A DNA stretch of 64,000 bases from an uncultured Bacteroidales bacterium. GTDB taxonomy: Bacteria; Bacteroidota; Bacteroidia; Bacteroidales; VadinHA17. The stretch spans positions 269,714 to 333,713 of the forward strand of contig CAWJAW010000003.1 of NCBI GenBank assembly GCA_963840965.1, written 5' to 3'. Positions within the stretch are counted from its first letter, which is position 1. The number at the start of each line of letters is the position of its first letter. The position numbers and the translations under genes were made by a program. A model generated the notes under the pieces. It saw only the letters and a list, made by a program, of their open reading frames with translations, did not search any database and was not told the origin of the DNA. Of the stretch, positions 1 through 9,249 are shown piece after piece.

Positions 1-82
1 AAATACAGGGTCTGGGCCGATTTTCCCGAATCGCCCGATATGAACTAAACCCCCTATCTTTCCGGGTTATTCCACCGGCATT

Positions 83-1093
83 CTATAAGTGCAGTATAAG
101 GTAGACAAGTTCCTTGAGAAGATCGCCCTGATCTGTACCGGCATCTCCGAATCCTTTTGACTTCAGATCGTAAGTCCTCAGAAGATTAATTATCCGGATC
201 GTTTTCCCGGTACTGTATTTCGAAGCTGCCATCTGATAGTCCTTTACGAAAAAAGGATGGATCTTCAGGGCTGCAGCTGCATTGTTACTCGATTTGTCGG
301 TGAGGTAATGATATGTAAGGATCTTCGTGAAGAAACCGAAAAGCGAGGCAACGGTCAGAATTATCGGATTGTCATTTGGATTATCGCTGAAGTACCTGAT
401 TATCATGTTTGCCTTAAGGATGTTCTTTTCCCCTATAGCCTTCTGCAACTCGAAATTATTGTACTCCTTGCTAATACCGATATTCTTTTCTATAAGGGAG
501 GAGGTGATGACAGGTTTGCCTGACGGTAGTGTAATAAGCAACTTATCAAGCTCATTTACAATTTTGTGCAGGTCGGTACCAAGATACTCCGTGAGCATGG
601 CAGCCGCATCGGGATTTATTTTTATCCCCTTTGTCATGAGGTATCTTTCAATCCATGGCTGTACCTGGTAGTCGCGGAGCCTGACCGACTCGAAATAGGA
701 GCCTTGTGTGTCGAGAGCTTTGTAAAGCCTGGTCCTTTTGTCGAGTGTCTTGTATTTGTAATTGAAAACCAGAATAGTAGATAAAAGTGGCTTATCGAGG
801 TAAAGGGCAATATCCTCTATTTTCTTGAGCGATTGCGCTTCCTTTACAATTACAACCTGGTGGGTGGCCATCATGGGAAACCGTCTGGAAGTCTCGATAA
901 CCGAACCAATATTGGTTTCTTCCCCGTAAAAAACTACCTGATTGAAGGCTCTTTCCTCGTCAGTAAGAACCTTCTCAGCAATGAAATCCGTAATGATATC
1001 AATATAATAAGGTTCATCGCCTGCAAGAAAATAAACAGGCTTGAATATTCTTTTCCGGAGGTCGGACATTATCTCATCAAACGATGCAGGCAT
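83..1093 (-). CDS. holA: DNA polymerase III subunit delta
   Basis: 336-aa ORF. The N-terminal segment KPVYFLAGDEPYYID and the long helical C-terminus are typical of HolA. Family resemblance only. Confidence 0.8.
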   Translation of the reverse strand: MPASFDEIMSDLRKRIFKPVYFLAGDEPYYIDIITDFIAEKVLTDEERAFNQVVFYGEETNIGSVIETSRRFPMMATHQVVIVKEAQSLKKIEDIALYLDKPLLSTILVFNYKYKTLDKRTRLYKALDTQGSYFESVRLRDYQVQPWIERYLMTKGIKINPDAAAMLTEYLGTDLHKIVNELDKLLITLPSGKPVITSSLIEKNIGISKEYNNFELQKAIGEKNILKANMIIRYFSDNPNDNPIILTVASLFGFFTKILTYHYLTDKSSNNAAAALKIHPFFVKDYQMAASKYSTGKTIRIINLLRTYDLKSKGFGDAGTDQGDLLKELVYLILHL

Positions 1094-1095
1094 AA

Positions 1096-1866
1096 TCAGA
1101 ACCTGAGGTGTTTGACTGAAATTGCGTTCTCCTTGATTTCCCTTAGAGCATCAATGCCGATTGTAAGGTGCAGGTCGACAAACTTGTTCGTCACCTTTCT
1201 GTCGCTTGCCTCTGTCTTTATACCGGTCGAAATCATAGGCTGGTCGGATACCAGAAGGAGGGCGCCGGTTGGGATCTCGTTGGCGAAACCTACCGTGAAT
1301 ATAGTGGCAGTTTCCATGTCAATTGCCATAGCCCTCGTCTTTACAAGGTACTTCTTGAACCTGTCGTCATATTCCCAAACTCTCCTGTTGGTCGTGTAAA
1401 CAGTTCCTGTAAAGTACTCCTTGTTGTGCCTGGTGATTGCGGCAGAAATTGCACTCTGCAGTTTGAATGCCGGCAGGGCCGGAACTTCCAGGGGCAGATA
1501 ATCGTTTGAGGTACCGTCGCTTCTGATAGCGGCAATAGGCAGTATAAGGTCTCCCAGTTTGTTCTTTTTTTTCAGTCCGCCACACTTGCCCAGGAAAAGT
1601 ACCGCCGAAGGTGCGACAGCGCTGAGGAGATCCATCACCGTTGCCGCATTAGGGCTTCCCATACCAAAGTTTATTATAGTTATTCCGTCGGCAGTCGCAG
1701 TCTGCATGTTTTTTTCACGGCCCTCCACTTCCACATTGTTCCATTTCGCGAACAATTCCACATAGTATAGATAATTTGTGAGAAGGAAATATCTGCCGAA
1801 GGTTTCAAGCTGCTTTCCGGTATAGCGGGGCAGCCAGTTATTAACAATTTCCTCTTTGGTCTTCAT
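1096..1866 (-). CDS. amn: AMP nucleosidase-like nucleoside phosphorylase (short, catalytic-domain-only form)
   Basis: 256-aa ORF with a PNP/UDP-phosphorylase-like core (INFGMGSPNAATVMDLL, GKCGGL, AIDMETA). It starts 2 nt downstream of holA. Confidence 0.6.
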   Translation of the reverse strand: MKTKEEIVNNWLPRYTGKQLETFGRYFLLTNYLYYVELFAKWNNVEVEGREKNMQTATADGITIINFGMGSPNAATVMDLLSAVAPSAVLFLGKCGGLKKKNKLGDLILPIAAIRSDGTSNDYLPLEVPALPAFKLQSAISAAITRHNKEYFTGTVYTTNRRVWEYDDRFKKYLVKTRAMAIDMETATIFTVGFANEIPTGALLLVSDQPMISTGIKTEASDRKVTNKFVDLHLTIGIDALREIKENAISVKHLRF

Positions 1867-1936
1867 TCACTTATCCTGTTTTATCTTTATCTCAATATAT
1901 TTGAGTACTCAAAAGTACAAAAGTAAGTTGAAACAG

Positions 1937-2407
1937 TTGAATCTTCCGCAATATTCCTTTACCATAACCGGAAAAGAGGGGTCCCGGATGATCCTGGATA
2001 CACTCAGAAGGAAGTTTGTGCGACTTACTCCCGAAGAGTGGGTGAGGCAGAATTTTGTACGCTATCTTATCCATGAGGGCGGTTACCCTCCCGGCCTTAT
2101 AGGAATAGAAGTGATGTTCAGGTTCAATAACATGAAAAAAAGAGCCGATATCCTTGTGCATAACAGGATGGGAGAGCCTGTTTTGATTGTGGAATGCAAA
2201 TCGCCCGATATAAACATCTCCGATTTCTACGAAGACAAGGTTTATGACCAGATTGGGGGGTATAACCTCGGACTTAAGCTGCCCTTTGCGATAGTAACCA
2301 ACGGCCTGGTAAACTATGCATTCCGCTTCGATCCTGAACGGAACCAGTATGTCCACCTGCTTGAAATACCTGTTTACAACGACCTTATTGCAGGGAAAGA
2401 TGATTGA
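1937..2407 (+). CDS. type I restriction enzyme HsdR N-terminal domain protein (orphan)
   Basis: Contains the motif LNLPQYSFTI...LTPEEWVRQNF...ADILV...VECK, typical of stand-alone HsdR_N proteins. I favour the TTG start at 1937, which gives MNLPQYSF. The alternatives are TTG 1928 or ATG 1988. The track start at 1856 adds a low-complexity extension that overlaps the amn start. Confidence 0.6.
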   Translation: MNLPQYSFTITGKEGSRMILDTLRRKFVRLTPEEWVRQNFVRYLIHEGGYPPGLIGIEVMFRFNNMKKRADILVHNRMGEPVLIVECKSPDINISDFYEDKVYDQIGGYNLGLKLPFAIVTNGLVNYAFRFDPERNQYVHLLEIPVYNDLIAGKDD

Positions 2408-3371
2408 GGTTACCTGCGCCATAATAAGAAACGAGGATGATGAGATCCTTGTGGTACAGAGAGGCGAAAAGACCGACCATCCTTTCATGTGGGAATTCCC
2501 CGGAGGCAAGCTTAACAAAGACGAAAGTGAAGAAGATTGCATTATCCGCGAAATAAGTGAAGAACTTAACATGAACATTGTGATATGCGGCCGCCTGCCT
2601 GCAGTCGAACACGATTATGGTCACAAGCAGATCCGGCTAGTCCCCTTCGTGTGCGATACCCTCGACGATCTTCCGTTTCTCACGGAGCACGTGGCCTTTA
2701 AATGGCTTGCTCCCGGTGAAATTCTCAGTGTCGGTTTTTCAGAAGCTGACATTCCTGTTGCGGGAGAATATCTTAAATACATAAACTATGTAGAGAGCTC
2801 AACCTCCCAAATCCAAACGACTTCTGTTAATTCAATTAGAGAAGCTGATTTCGTCCTGACGCTTGAAAATACACATGGAAGGAAGGAAGCCGAATGGCTG
2901 GCTGAGTTGGCGGCTGAAAAAGAGGATGTACTCTCGAGACTGATAAATTTTTCTTTTTCGGCCGATAACAAGCTTTCATCAAAGGCATCATGGAGTCTTT
3001 CCAAGGTACACGACAAACATCCTGAAACCCTGACTCCGTTTATTCCGATGATAATCGGTTCGCTCGACCGGCTTGAAAATGAGAGTGTAAGAAGGTCATT
3101 CATGAAGATTATTTCGATCAGCGACATCACTGTAGTTACCCGGAAACATCAGGGCATCCTTGCCGACTACTGTTTCAGGATGCTCCGGTCGGGATTTTCC
3201 TCAATTGCGGTAAAAGCTTATTCGATGGAAATAATTTACCGGCTTGCACAGGTCTATCCCGAACTCACCGGTGAACTGGCCGCAACAATAAATCTGCTTC
3301 AGGATGAGAAATCGGCGGGGATACTTGCAAAAGGACGTATCATTCTGAAGAGGCTCAGGGGTTCCACATAA
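2400..3371 (+). CDS. Nudix hydrolase (MutT-like) fused to a C-terminal helical-repeat domain of unknown function
   Basis: Nudix box GGKLNKDESEEDCIIREISEELNM lies in the first ~130 aa. About 190 aa of alpha-helical repeat-like sequence follow. The ATG at 2400 overlaps the stop of the upstream gene (ATGATTGA). Confidence 0.7.
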   Translation: MIEVTCAIIRNEDDEILVVQRGEKTDHPFMWEFPGGKLNKDESEEDCIIREISEELNMNIVICGRLPAVEHDYGHKQIRLVPFVCDTLDDLPFLTEHVAFKWLAPGEILSVGFSEADIPVAGEYLKYINYVESSTSQIQTTSVNSIREADFVLTLENTHGRKEAEWLAELAAEKEDVLSRLINFSFSADNKLSSKASWSLSKVHDKHPETLTPFIPMIIGSLDRLENESVRRSFMKIISISDITVVTRKHQGILADYCFRMLRSGFSSIAVKAYSMEIIYRLAQVYPELTGELAATINLLQDEKSAGILAKGRIILKRLRGST

Positions 3372-3577
3372 GACCTGCTGATCGGTTCCGAAATTATTCG
3401 GAACAACTGATGCGAATATTTTCGTAACTGGAGATACCGGGTATTGAACGCTCAAAATATTTACGGCCCTGACGGTGATCCTCCGCCAGAAGGAACGGGA
3501 CTCAATACCCTCAGGGAAATGAACCTGCAACATTCCATGGAAATTGTGTAATTTTGCGTTTTCTTAAAACTCAATAA

Positions 3578-4192
3578 ATGCTTATTGTAAATACATCGGG
3601 CCAGTTGTGCCCCGCTCCGCTGATTGCCACAAAAAGAGCTTTGAAGGAGACAGCGGACGGGGAACATTTTCAGGTCGTCACCGATAATAAAACTTCATTC
3701 AGCAATATTTCAAGGTTCCTGAGGGATAATAAAACTGAATTTACTTTTACGGAGTCGAATGGAATATGGACACTGACAGTGAAAAAGGCCGGTTTATCGG
3801 AAGAAACTACTGATCCTTCGGATTACTGCACAATTGATATCCCTCATTTTTCAAAGGGCAGTTATATTGTCGTGTTTTCTTCTGATAAAATGGGGGAGGG
3901 AGACGATAATCTGGGCAGTCTTCTTATGGGTAATTTCATACGGGCAATCAAGGAACTTGATCTTCTTCCCGATAAAATGCTGTTTTATAATTCAGGAGTT
4001 CACCTGGTCAGCGATAAATCACCGGTTGCCAATCATCTGAAGGAGCTTGAAAAAATGGGAGTGACCCTTCTTGTTTGTGAAACATGCACGAAACATTATT
4101 CAATAGGTGAAAATGTCACAGCAGGCATCCTGAGCAACATGTTCGAGATTGCCCAGGCTATGGCATCGGCCGGCAATATACTAAAACCATGA
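3578..4192 (+). CDS. yedF: selenium metabolism protein YedF (TusA/SirA-like N-domain plus DsrE-like C-domain)
   Basis: N-terminal GQLCPAPLIATKRAL (TusA CPxP motif) and a C-terminal DsrE-like region. It overlaps selD by 4 nt. Confidence 0.75.
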   Translation: MLIVNTSGQLCPAPLIATKRALKETADGEHFQVVTDNKTSFSNISRFLRDNKTEFTFTESNGIWTLTVKKAGLSEETTDPSDYCTIDIPHFSKGSYIVVFSSDKMGEGDDNLGSLLMGNFIRAIKELDLLPDKMLFYNSGVHLVSDKSPVANHLKELEKMGVTLLVCETCTKHYSIGENVTAGILSNMFEIAQAMASAGNILKP

Positions 4193-5238
4193 CAGTCGAT
4201 CTCCTCGATTTTGCTGAAGCCGGGGGATGTTCTGCAAAGATATCCCCGAAACTGCTTGAAGAATTCCTTCAATATCTTCCATTTACTCCCGATCCCAATA
4301 TACTTGTGGGCATCGATACTCACGACGACGCAGGAGTCTACAGGGTAAATGACGATCTGGCTCTTGTTTTTACAACTGACTTTTTTCCGCCGGTCTGCAG
4401 CGACCCCTACGAATTCGGACAGATAGCCGCGGCCAACTCCATAAGCGATGTCTATGCAATGGGCGCAACACCCGTTATAGCATTGAACTTAATGATGTTC
4501 CCTTCCGCCAGACTTCCCCTCGAAGCTTATGCATCCATACTCAGGGGGGGAGCCGACAAGGCTGCTGAAGCAGGAGTGAGGATAATAGGGGGACATACCA
4601 TTGATGATAATATCCCAAAATATGGTCTGGCAGTCATCGGATATGTCCACCCCAAAAGGATAATCACCAACTCGGCTGCCGAACCCGGTGATCTGCTTAT
4701 ACTTACCAAACCTATCGGGACAGGTGTGATGCTTGCAGGCCAGAAATTGAAAATGACAAAGGACGAGGATATCTCGCAGGCAAAGACGCTCATGAAAAGT
4801 CTTAACGCCGCTGCAGCAGGGGTGATGCAGAAGTTCGAAGTTAAGGCCGCTACTGACGTTACAGGTTTCGGTCTGGCGGGCCATGCCCTCAAAATGGCAA
4901 GGGCGGGAAATGTTACTATCGAAATCGGTCTTGAAGCCCTGCCGCTGATAGGGGATGCCTACAGGCTTGCTGACGATGGCTGCATTCCGGGAGCTGCCTT
5001 CCGGAACCTTGATTTTGTTGAAGACGAGACGTTTTTCGCGGAAGACCTGGACTATAACCTGAAAATGCTGTCGATGGATGCCCAGACATCAGGGGGAATA
5101 CTGATGTCCGTCAGGGAGAATAAGGCAGAAGATGTCGTTTCGTACCTCAGGGAAGAAGGAATGGCGGCTTCTGTTATCGTAGGAAGAGTGAAGAAAAGTG
5201 GGGAGAAACACCTGTGCCTTTTTAATAAATTAACATAA
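4189..5238 (+). CDS. selD: selenide, water dikinase (Cys-type)
   Basis: N-terminal GGCSAKISP motif (catalytic Cys/Lys loop) and AIR-synthase-like domains (DDAGVY, GGHTIDD). No in-frame TGA. Confidence 0.85.
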   Translation: MTVDLLDFAEAGGCSAKISPKLLEEFLQYLPFTPDPNILVGIDTHDDAGVYRVNDDLALVFTTDFFPPVCSDPYEFGQIAAANSISDVYAMGATPVIALNLMMFPSARLPLEAYASILRGGADKAAEAGVRIIGGHTIDDNIPKYGLAVIGYVHPKRIITNSAAEPGDLLILTKPIGTGVMLAGQKLKMTKDEDISQAKTLMKSLNAAAAGVMQKFEVKAATDVTGFGLAGHALKMARAGNVTIEIGLEALPLIGDAYRLADDGCIPGAAFRNLDFVEDETFFAEDLDYNLKMLSMDAQTSGGILMSVRENKAEDVVSYLREEGMAASVIVGRVKKSGEKHLCLFNKLT

Positions 5239-5300
5239 TTCACCTGTTGCCGGTCCCTCAGATCACTGGAAGGTTTTCCACCAGGTTATATCGAAAAAAA

Positions 5301-5318
5301 TGTAACAATATCGTAACA
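5301..5318 (+). promoter_or_regulatory. Pho-box-like direct repeat TGTAACA-atat-cGTAACA upstream of pit
   Basis: Two 7-bp direct repeats are separated by a 4-bp A/T spacer, giving an 11-bp register. They lie 10 nt upstream of TAATTTTC (5329-5336), a near TAnnTTTG -7 box. Confidence 0.4.
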
Positions 5319-5455
5319 TTAAAAAGATTAATTTTCACGGGGAGTTACTAATTTCGAACTGTCGAATCTGGAATTTTGATAATTTGTAACTCATTGAAAA
5401 TAAACTATAAATCTGTACTCCTTATTTCATCCCAAACCATATTACCCGGTCCTTT

Positions 5456-6442
5456 ATGACATTCCTGATCTTTATAATCGTTATTGTTCTCATCTTTGAT
5501 TTTATAAACGGATTTCACGATTCGGCCAACTCGATCGCCACTGTAGTTTCTACAAAAGTGCTTTCGCCCTTTGCAGCTGTAGCCCTTGCGGCCACCTTCA
5601 ATTTCGTCGCCTTTCTTATTTTCCCGTTGAAGGTTGCAAAGACAATAGGCTCGGGGGTGATCAATGCCGAAATAGTCACGCTTGAACTCATCGCGGCTGC
5701 AGTGATAGCCGCCATTATCTGGAACCTTATTACATGGTGGCTGGGACTTCCCTCCAGTTCTTCCCATACGCTTGTTGGCGGACTTGTTGGTGCCGCAATT
5801 GCCGGCAGCGGATTCGGATCAGTCGTCTATTCGGGGGTTCTGAAAATAGGAGCTTTTATTGTCATAGCACCTGTACTTGGGATGCTCATGTCTTATCTGA
5901 TAACAATAATCGTTCTTCACATCGTTCAGAAACGCCCTCCCTTTGGAGTCGACAAGCACTTCAGACGGCTTCAGCTTCTTTCAGCCTCGGCTTTCAGCCT
6001 CGGACACGGAGGCAATGATGCACAGAAATCAATGGGTATTATCTGGGTGGCGCTTTATGCAATGGGTAAGGTCCCGAGAGACTCTGATCCTGCCTTGTGG
6101 ATAGTACTGTCCTGTCATGCTGCCATAGCACTTGGAACCTTGTTCGGAGGATGGAGGATCGTTAAAACTATGGGACAGAAAATAACAAAATTAAAACCTT
6201 TTGAAGGTTTCTGCGCTGAAACGGCGGGCGCTGCAACTCTCTTTATGGCCACAACTCTCGGGATACCGGTAAGCACAACACACACAATAACAGGGGCGAT
6301 AATAGGCGTGGGAGCAACGAAAAGGGCTTCCGCCGTGAAATGGGGTGTGACTACAAAAATATTCTGGGCCTGGATACTTACAATTCCAGTGTCGGCTATA
6401 ATAGGAGCTTTGATTTTCTTTTTCATAAAACTGATTGCCTGA
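5456..6442 (+). CDS. pit: inorganic phosphate transporter, PiT family
   Basis: 328-aa polytopic membrane ORF. The N-terminal FDFINGFHDSANSIAT and the second GHGGNDAQK motif are PiT signatures. Confidence 0.85.
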   Translation: MTFLIFIIVIVLIFDFINGFHDSANSIATVVSTKVLSPFAAVALAATFNFVAFLIFPLKVAKTIGSGVINAEIVTLELIAAAVIAAIIWNLITWWLGLPSSSSHTLVGGLVGAAIAGSGFGSVVYSGVLKIGAFIVIAPVLGMLMSYLITIIVLHIVQKRPPFGVDKHFRRLQLLSASAFSLGHGGNDAQKSMGIIWVALYAMGKVPRDSDPALWIVLSCHAAIALGTLFGGWRIVKTMGQKITKLKPFEGFCAETAGAATLFMATTLGIPVSTTHTITGAIIGVGATKRASAVKWGVTTKIFWAWILTIPVSAIIGALIFFFIKLIA

Positions 6443-6489
6443 TCACATGTTAAACCCTTTCAGGGTAAGATATCAGGGGTGATCTTAGG

Positions 6490-6540
6490 CCGCCGGTTGC
6501 ACCGGCGGTTACTTCGTTAAACCGCTGTCGCGGTTTCTTA
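6490..6540 (+). terminator. tandem GC hairpins downstream of pit (putative terminator)
   Basis: Hairpins CCGCCGGT-tgc-ACCGGCGG and AAACCGC-tgtc-GCGGTTT, followed by a CTTATC tail. The T-run is weak. Confidence 0.35.
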
Positions 6541-6563
6541 TCATATACGTTACAGGAAGTTTT

Positions 6564-6581
6564 TGTAACCAAAATGTAACA
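6564..6581 (+). promoter_or_regulatory. Pho-box-like direct repeat TGTAACC-aaaa-TGTAACA upstream of the DUF47 gene
   Basis: Same 7-4-7 architecture and the same half-site as the pit site. It lies 120 nt upstream of the ATG at 6702. Confidence 0.4.
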
Positions 6582-6701
6582 ATCTTTTATTCGAAATCCT
6601 GACATTATTACGGCAAGCCTGTTTATTTTTACTTAATCGGCTTAACTCAAAATGCATCATGTTAAGGTGCATGAGGTCAGTTAGTTCTAAAATCTCATAC
6701 G

Positions 6702-7355
6702 ATGACCAAAGATAGTATTATCAAAGCTTTCACCCCTAAATACCACGCACTCTACCCTATGTTCGAAAAGAGCTCGGATAACCTTATAAAGGCAACCGGC
6801 AGACTGAAGGTTCTGTTTAATACGACAGATCTTTCGGAGCGCAAGGCAATCATCAGCGAAATAGGAAAACTTGAAAAGGAGGGAAACCGGATAGCAGGTG
6901 AAATGTACTCCATGGTTAATTCTCTTATCATAAATCCATTCGACAGGGAGGATGTAAATAAACTATTCAACAGGCTGGACGAACTTCTCCATCATATCAA
7001 CCAGATCGGTAAAATGACAGGATTGATGAAAATAAGCGTGTTAGTCCCGGTTTTCAACAATCTTTCCGGAATAGTATCGGAAGCATCCAGTGAAATTGCT
7101 TCGAACCTGAAGCGGCTTAAGAATATCAACAGCTCAAAAAATCAAATTGCTGAAGGATGCCGGACAATCAACCAGCTTGAGAAAAAGGCCGAGGAGGTGT
7201 TTTACGACGGTGTGAATATGCTGTTTACTTCATCAAATGGCGATATGGTCCATCTTACCATGAGAAAAAAGGTCATGGAGACCTTCCTTAAATGCTTCGA
7301 CGAGATAACGGGAATATCGGAGTCAATCAGAACCATTCTGATAAAAGCCTCCTGA
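6702..7355 (+). CDS. DUF47 / PhoU-like phosphate transport regulator-related protein
   Basis: 217-aa helical ORF resembling the YkaA/TIGR00153 proteins normally paired with PiT transporters. Confidence 0.65.
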   Translation: MTKDSIIKAFTPKYHALYPMFEKSSDNLIKATGRLKVLFNTTDLSERKAIISEIGKLEKEGNRIAGEMYSMVNSLIINPFDREDVNKLFNRLDELLHHINQIGKMTGLMKISVLVPVFNNLSGIVSEASSEIASNLKRLKNINSSKNQIAEGCRTINQLEKKAEEVFYDGVNMLFTSSNGDMVHLTMRKKVMETFLKCFDEITGISESIRTILIKAS

Positions 7356-7479
7356 GTTTAGGGGAAAATCATTAAAGAGTTTAGGATTTCAAGTCCCCCT
7401 GAAGGGTTTGGGGATAAAACCATCCGTGATACGGGTCCAACTTGATAATAAGATGTGTATTAAGGCCAGGGCTTTGGGG

Positions 7480-9237
7480 TTATTTCGGAAGGGAAAACAG
7501 AAACTCAGTTCCGCCCCCTGCTCGGTTACGCACAAGTATATCGCCTCTGTGCAGCAATATCGCGTTTTTGACTATCGCCAGACCAAGACCGGTGCCGCCG
7601 CTTTTTCTCGACCTTCCTGAATCGACACGGTAAAACCTCTCAAAAACCCGGTTTATGTGTTCCTGCGGAATACCTACTCCGTCATCGGATAAGGAAAAAT
7701 GATAGTACCTCTTGTCTTCATTGTAAATCAGAATCCTTATCGTGGTATTATCGCCTGCATAGTTGATAGCATTCTCCACCAGATTCTGAAAGACCGACAT
7801 TATAAGCGACTTATTGCCTTTGACCGTAACTTCATTGTCAATTTCAATCTCAACTTTCATGTTCCTTGCTTCAATTGCCGATTTGAAATTGTCGCGCACC
7901 TCCCGGATCACCTTCTTTAACCTGATCTTTTCAGGTGTGAATGATGCTCCTGCTTCTTCAATCCTGTTCAATACAGATATGTCATTTATAAGTCCGGTCA
8001 GCCTGTCTGTCTGCGCAAGCGCTTTCCCAAGGAAGTAATTCTTTTTCTTAGTTTCTATTTCAGGATCGGCAATTAGTGTTTCAATATATCCTCTTATCGA
8101 CGAGACGGGTGTTTTTAGCTCATGTGCAATATTCGAGGTCATCTGCTGCTTGATGAGTTTGCTCTTGCCGAGCCTTGTGATATCTGTAAGGATCACCTCG
8201 AAACTTTTGTCCAGGAAAATAACACACTGGATGCTAAAGAACCTTCCATCTCTTGCAATCTGATATTCCATTTTGGGGAGATCGGCCGAATTTATTTCAG
8301 TACCGGAATGCTGTGCTATGAAATCACTTACAGGGGCAAACTCAGCTATATCAAAGAAGTTAGAGGTGAAGATCTTCAGGTCTCCTGAAATCAGGTTCAT
8401 ATGATGAATGAAATGATTATTGCTGAAAATGATATCCCTTTCATTCGAAAAAATTGCAACACCTTCATTCAATGCATTCAGATGATTGAAGAATTTGCCC
8501 TTTTCAATCAGGAGTTCGTTTTTAGCAGCAAGAAGGTTGTTGTAAATTCCCAGTATCTCGGAACCAATCACTCCAAGCTCATTTTTCGGGAAGTCCGAAA
8601 CAAAGGGCTCATCATTCTTAAGACTGAATGTAAAATCCTGCAGCCGGGTTACTGATTCCCCAAACCTTTTGGTTACAAGCAGCAGTATGCCGCCGATCAC
8701 AATAAAACATCCTATTACGATAAGCAGAAAGCTCATGTTTGCCCTCATGAACCTGGAGATGCTGACATCGTAAACCAGAGCTGATCTTATGAAATATTCG
8801 CCATAGAACTTTGAATAGTAATAGAATTTCTGACCTGTGCTTTCCGATTTCCTGATATCGGTCCCAAACTCCTCTGCAAGCGACTCAGCTATTTCTTTCC
8901 TGGTAAGGTGATTCTGCATTTTCGACCAGTCATCGACAAAACTGTCGTACAGAACTTCGCCGGATTTGGCGATTACTGTCACCCTTAAGTTACTGTGCGG
9001 AAGAAGGCGGTTAAGGGAATCGATAAGTTGGTAATTACCTGAATGGTAAATCGAGTTGATGTTTATATAATTGTCTGTGATCCTGGTAATATTCAGCAAC
9101 TCATCATTAAGTGTTGCCACTTTGTATTGCTTTTCCCTGTTGTAAAGATAAGCGATGATGAGCATGGCTATAACAAGGAAAACCGCCGAATAGAATATCA
9201 GAAGCGTGTTCCTGAATTTGTTTCTTTTCCTTGACAT
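7480..9237 (-). CDS. sensor histidine kinase, PhoR-like
   Basis: Two TM segments flank a ~130-aa extracytoplasmic domain. It has the HisKA H-box ([13 protein letters not shown]) and an HATPase_c domain with [26 protein letters not shown], which is PhoR-like. Confidence 0.75.
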   Translation of the reverse strand: MSRKRNKFRNTLLIFYSAVFLVIAMLIIAYLYNREKQYKVATLNDELLNITRITDNYININSIYHSGNYQLIDSLNRLLPHSNLRVTVIAKSGEVLYDSFVDDWSKMQNHLTRKEIAESLAEEFGTDIRKSESTGQKFYYYSKFYGEYFIRSALVYDVSISRFMRANMSFLLIVIGCFIVIGGILLLVTKRFGESVTRLQDFTFSLKNDEPFVSDFPKNELGVIGSEILGIYNNLLAAKNELLIEKGKFFNHLNALNEGVAIFSNERDIIFSNNHFIHHMNLISGDLKIFTSNFFDIAEFAPVSDFIAQHSGTEINSADLPKMEYQIARDGRFFSIQCVIFLDKSFEVILTDITRLGKSKLIKQQMTSNIAHELKTPVSSIRGYIETLIADPEIETKKKNYFLGKALAQTDRLTGLINDISVLNRIEEAGASFTPEKIRLKKVIREVRDNFKSAIEARNMKVEIEIDNEVTVKGNKSLIMSVFQNLVENAINYAGDNTTIRILIYNEDKRYYHFSLSDDGVGIPQEHINRVFERFYRVDSGRSRKSGGTGLGLAIVKNAILLHRGDILVRNRAGGGTEFLFSLPK

Positions 9238-9249
9238 GCATCAGATTTA

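Noticed and set aside
1937-2407. The HsdR_N-domain gene as evidence of a type I restriction-modification system.
   Set aside because: It encodes only the small N-terminal nuclease-like domain. No helicase/motor domain, hsdM or hsdS is in the window. Such stand-alone proteins are common and not known to form R-M systems.
3439-3510. 9-bp complementarity (GGGTATTGA / TCAATACCC) enclosing 54 nt upstream of yedF-selD, considered as a possible selenium-related riboswitch.
   Set aside because: The enclosed sequence shows no convincing nested helices. A single 9-mer match within a 200-nt region is not very improbable, at roughly a one-in-ten chance by rough estimate. No conservation data are available.
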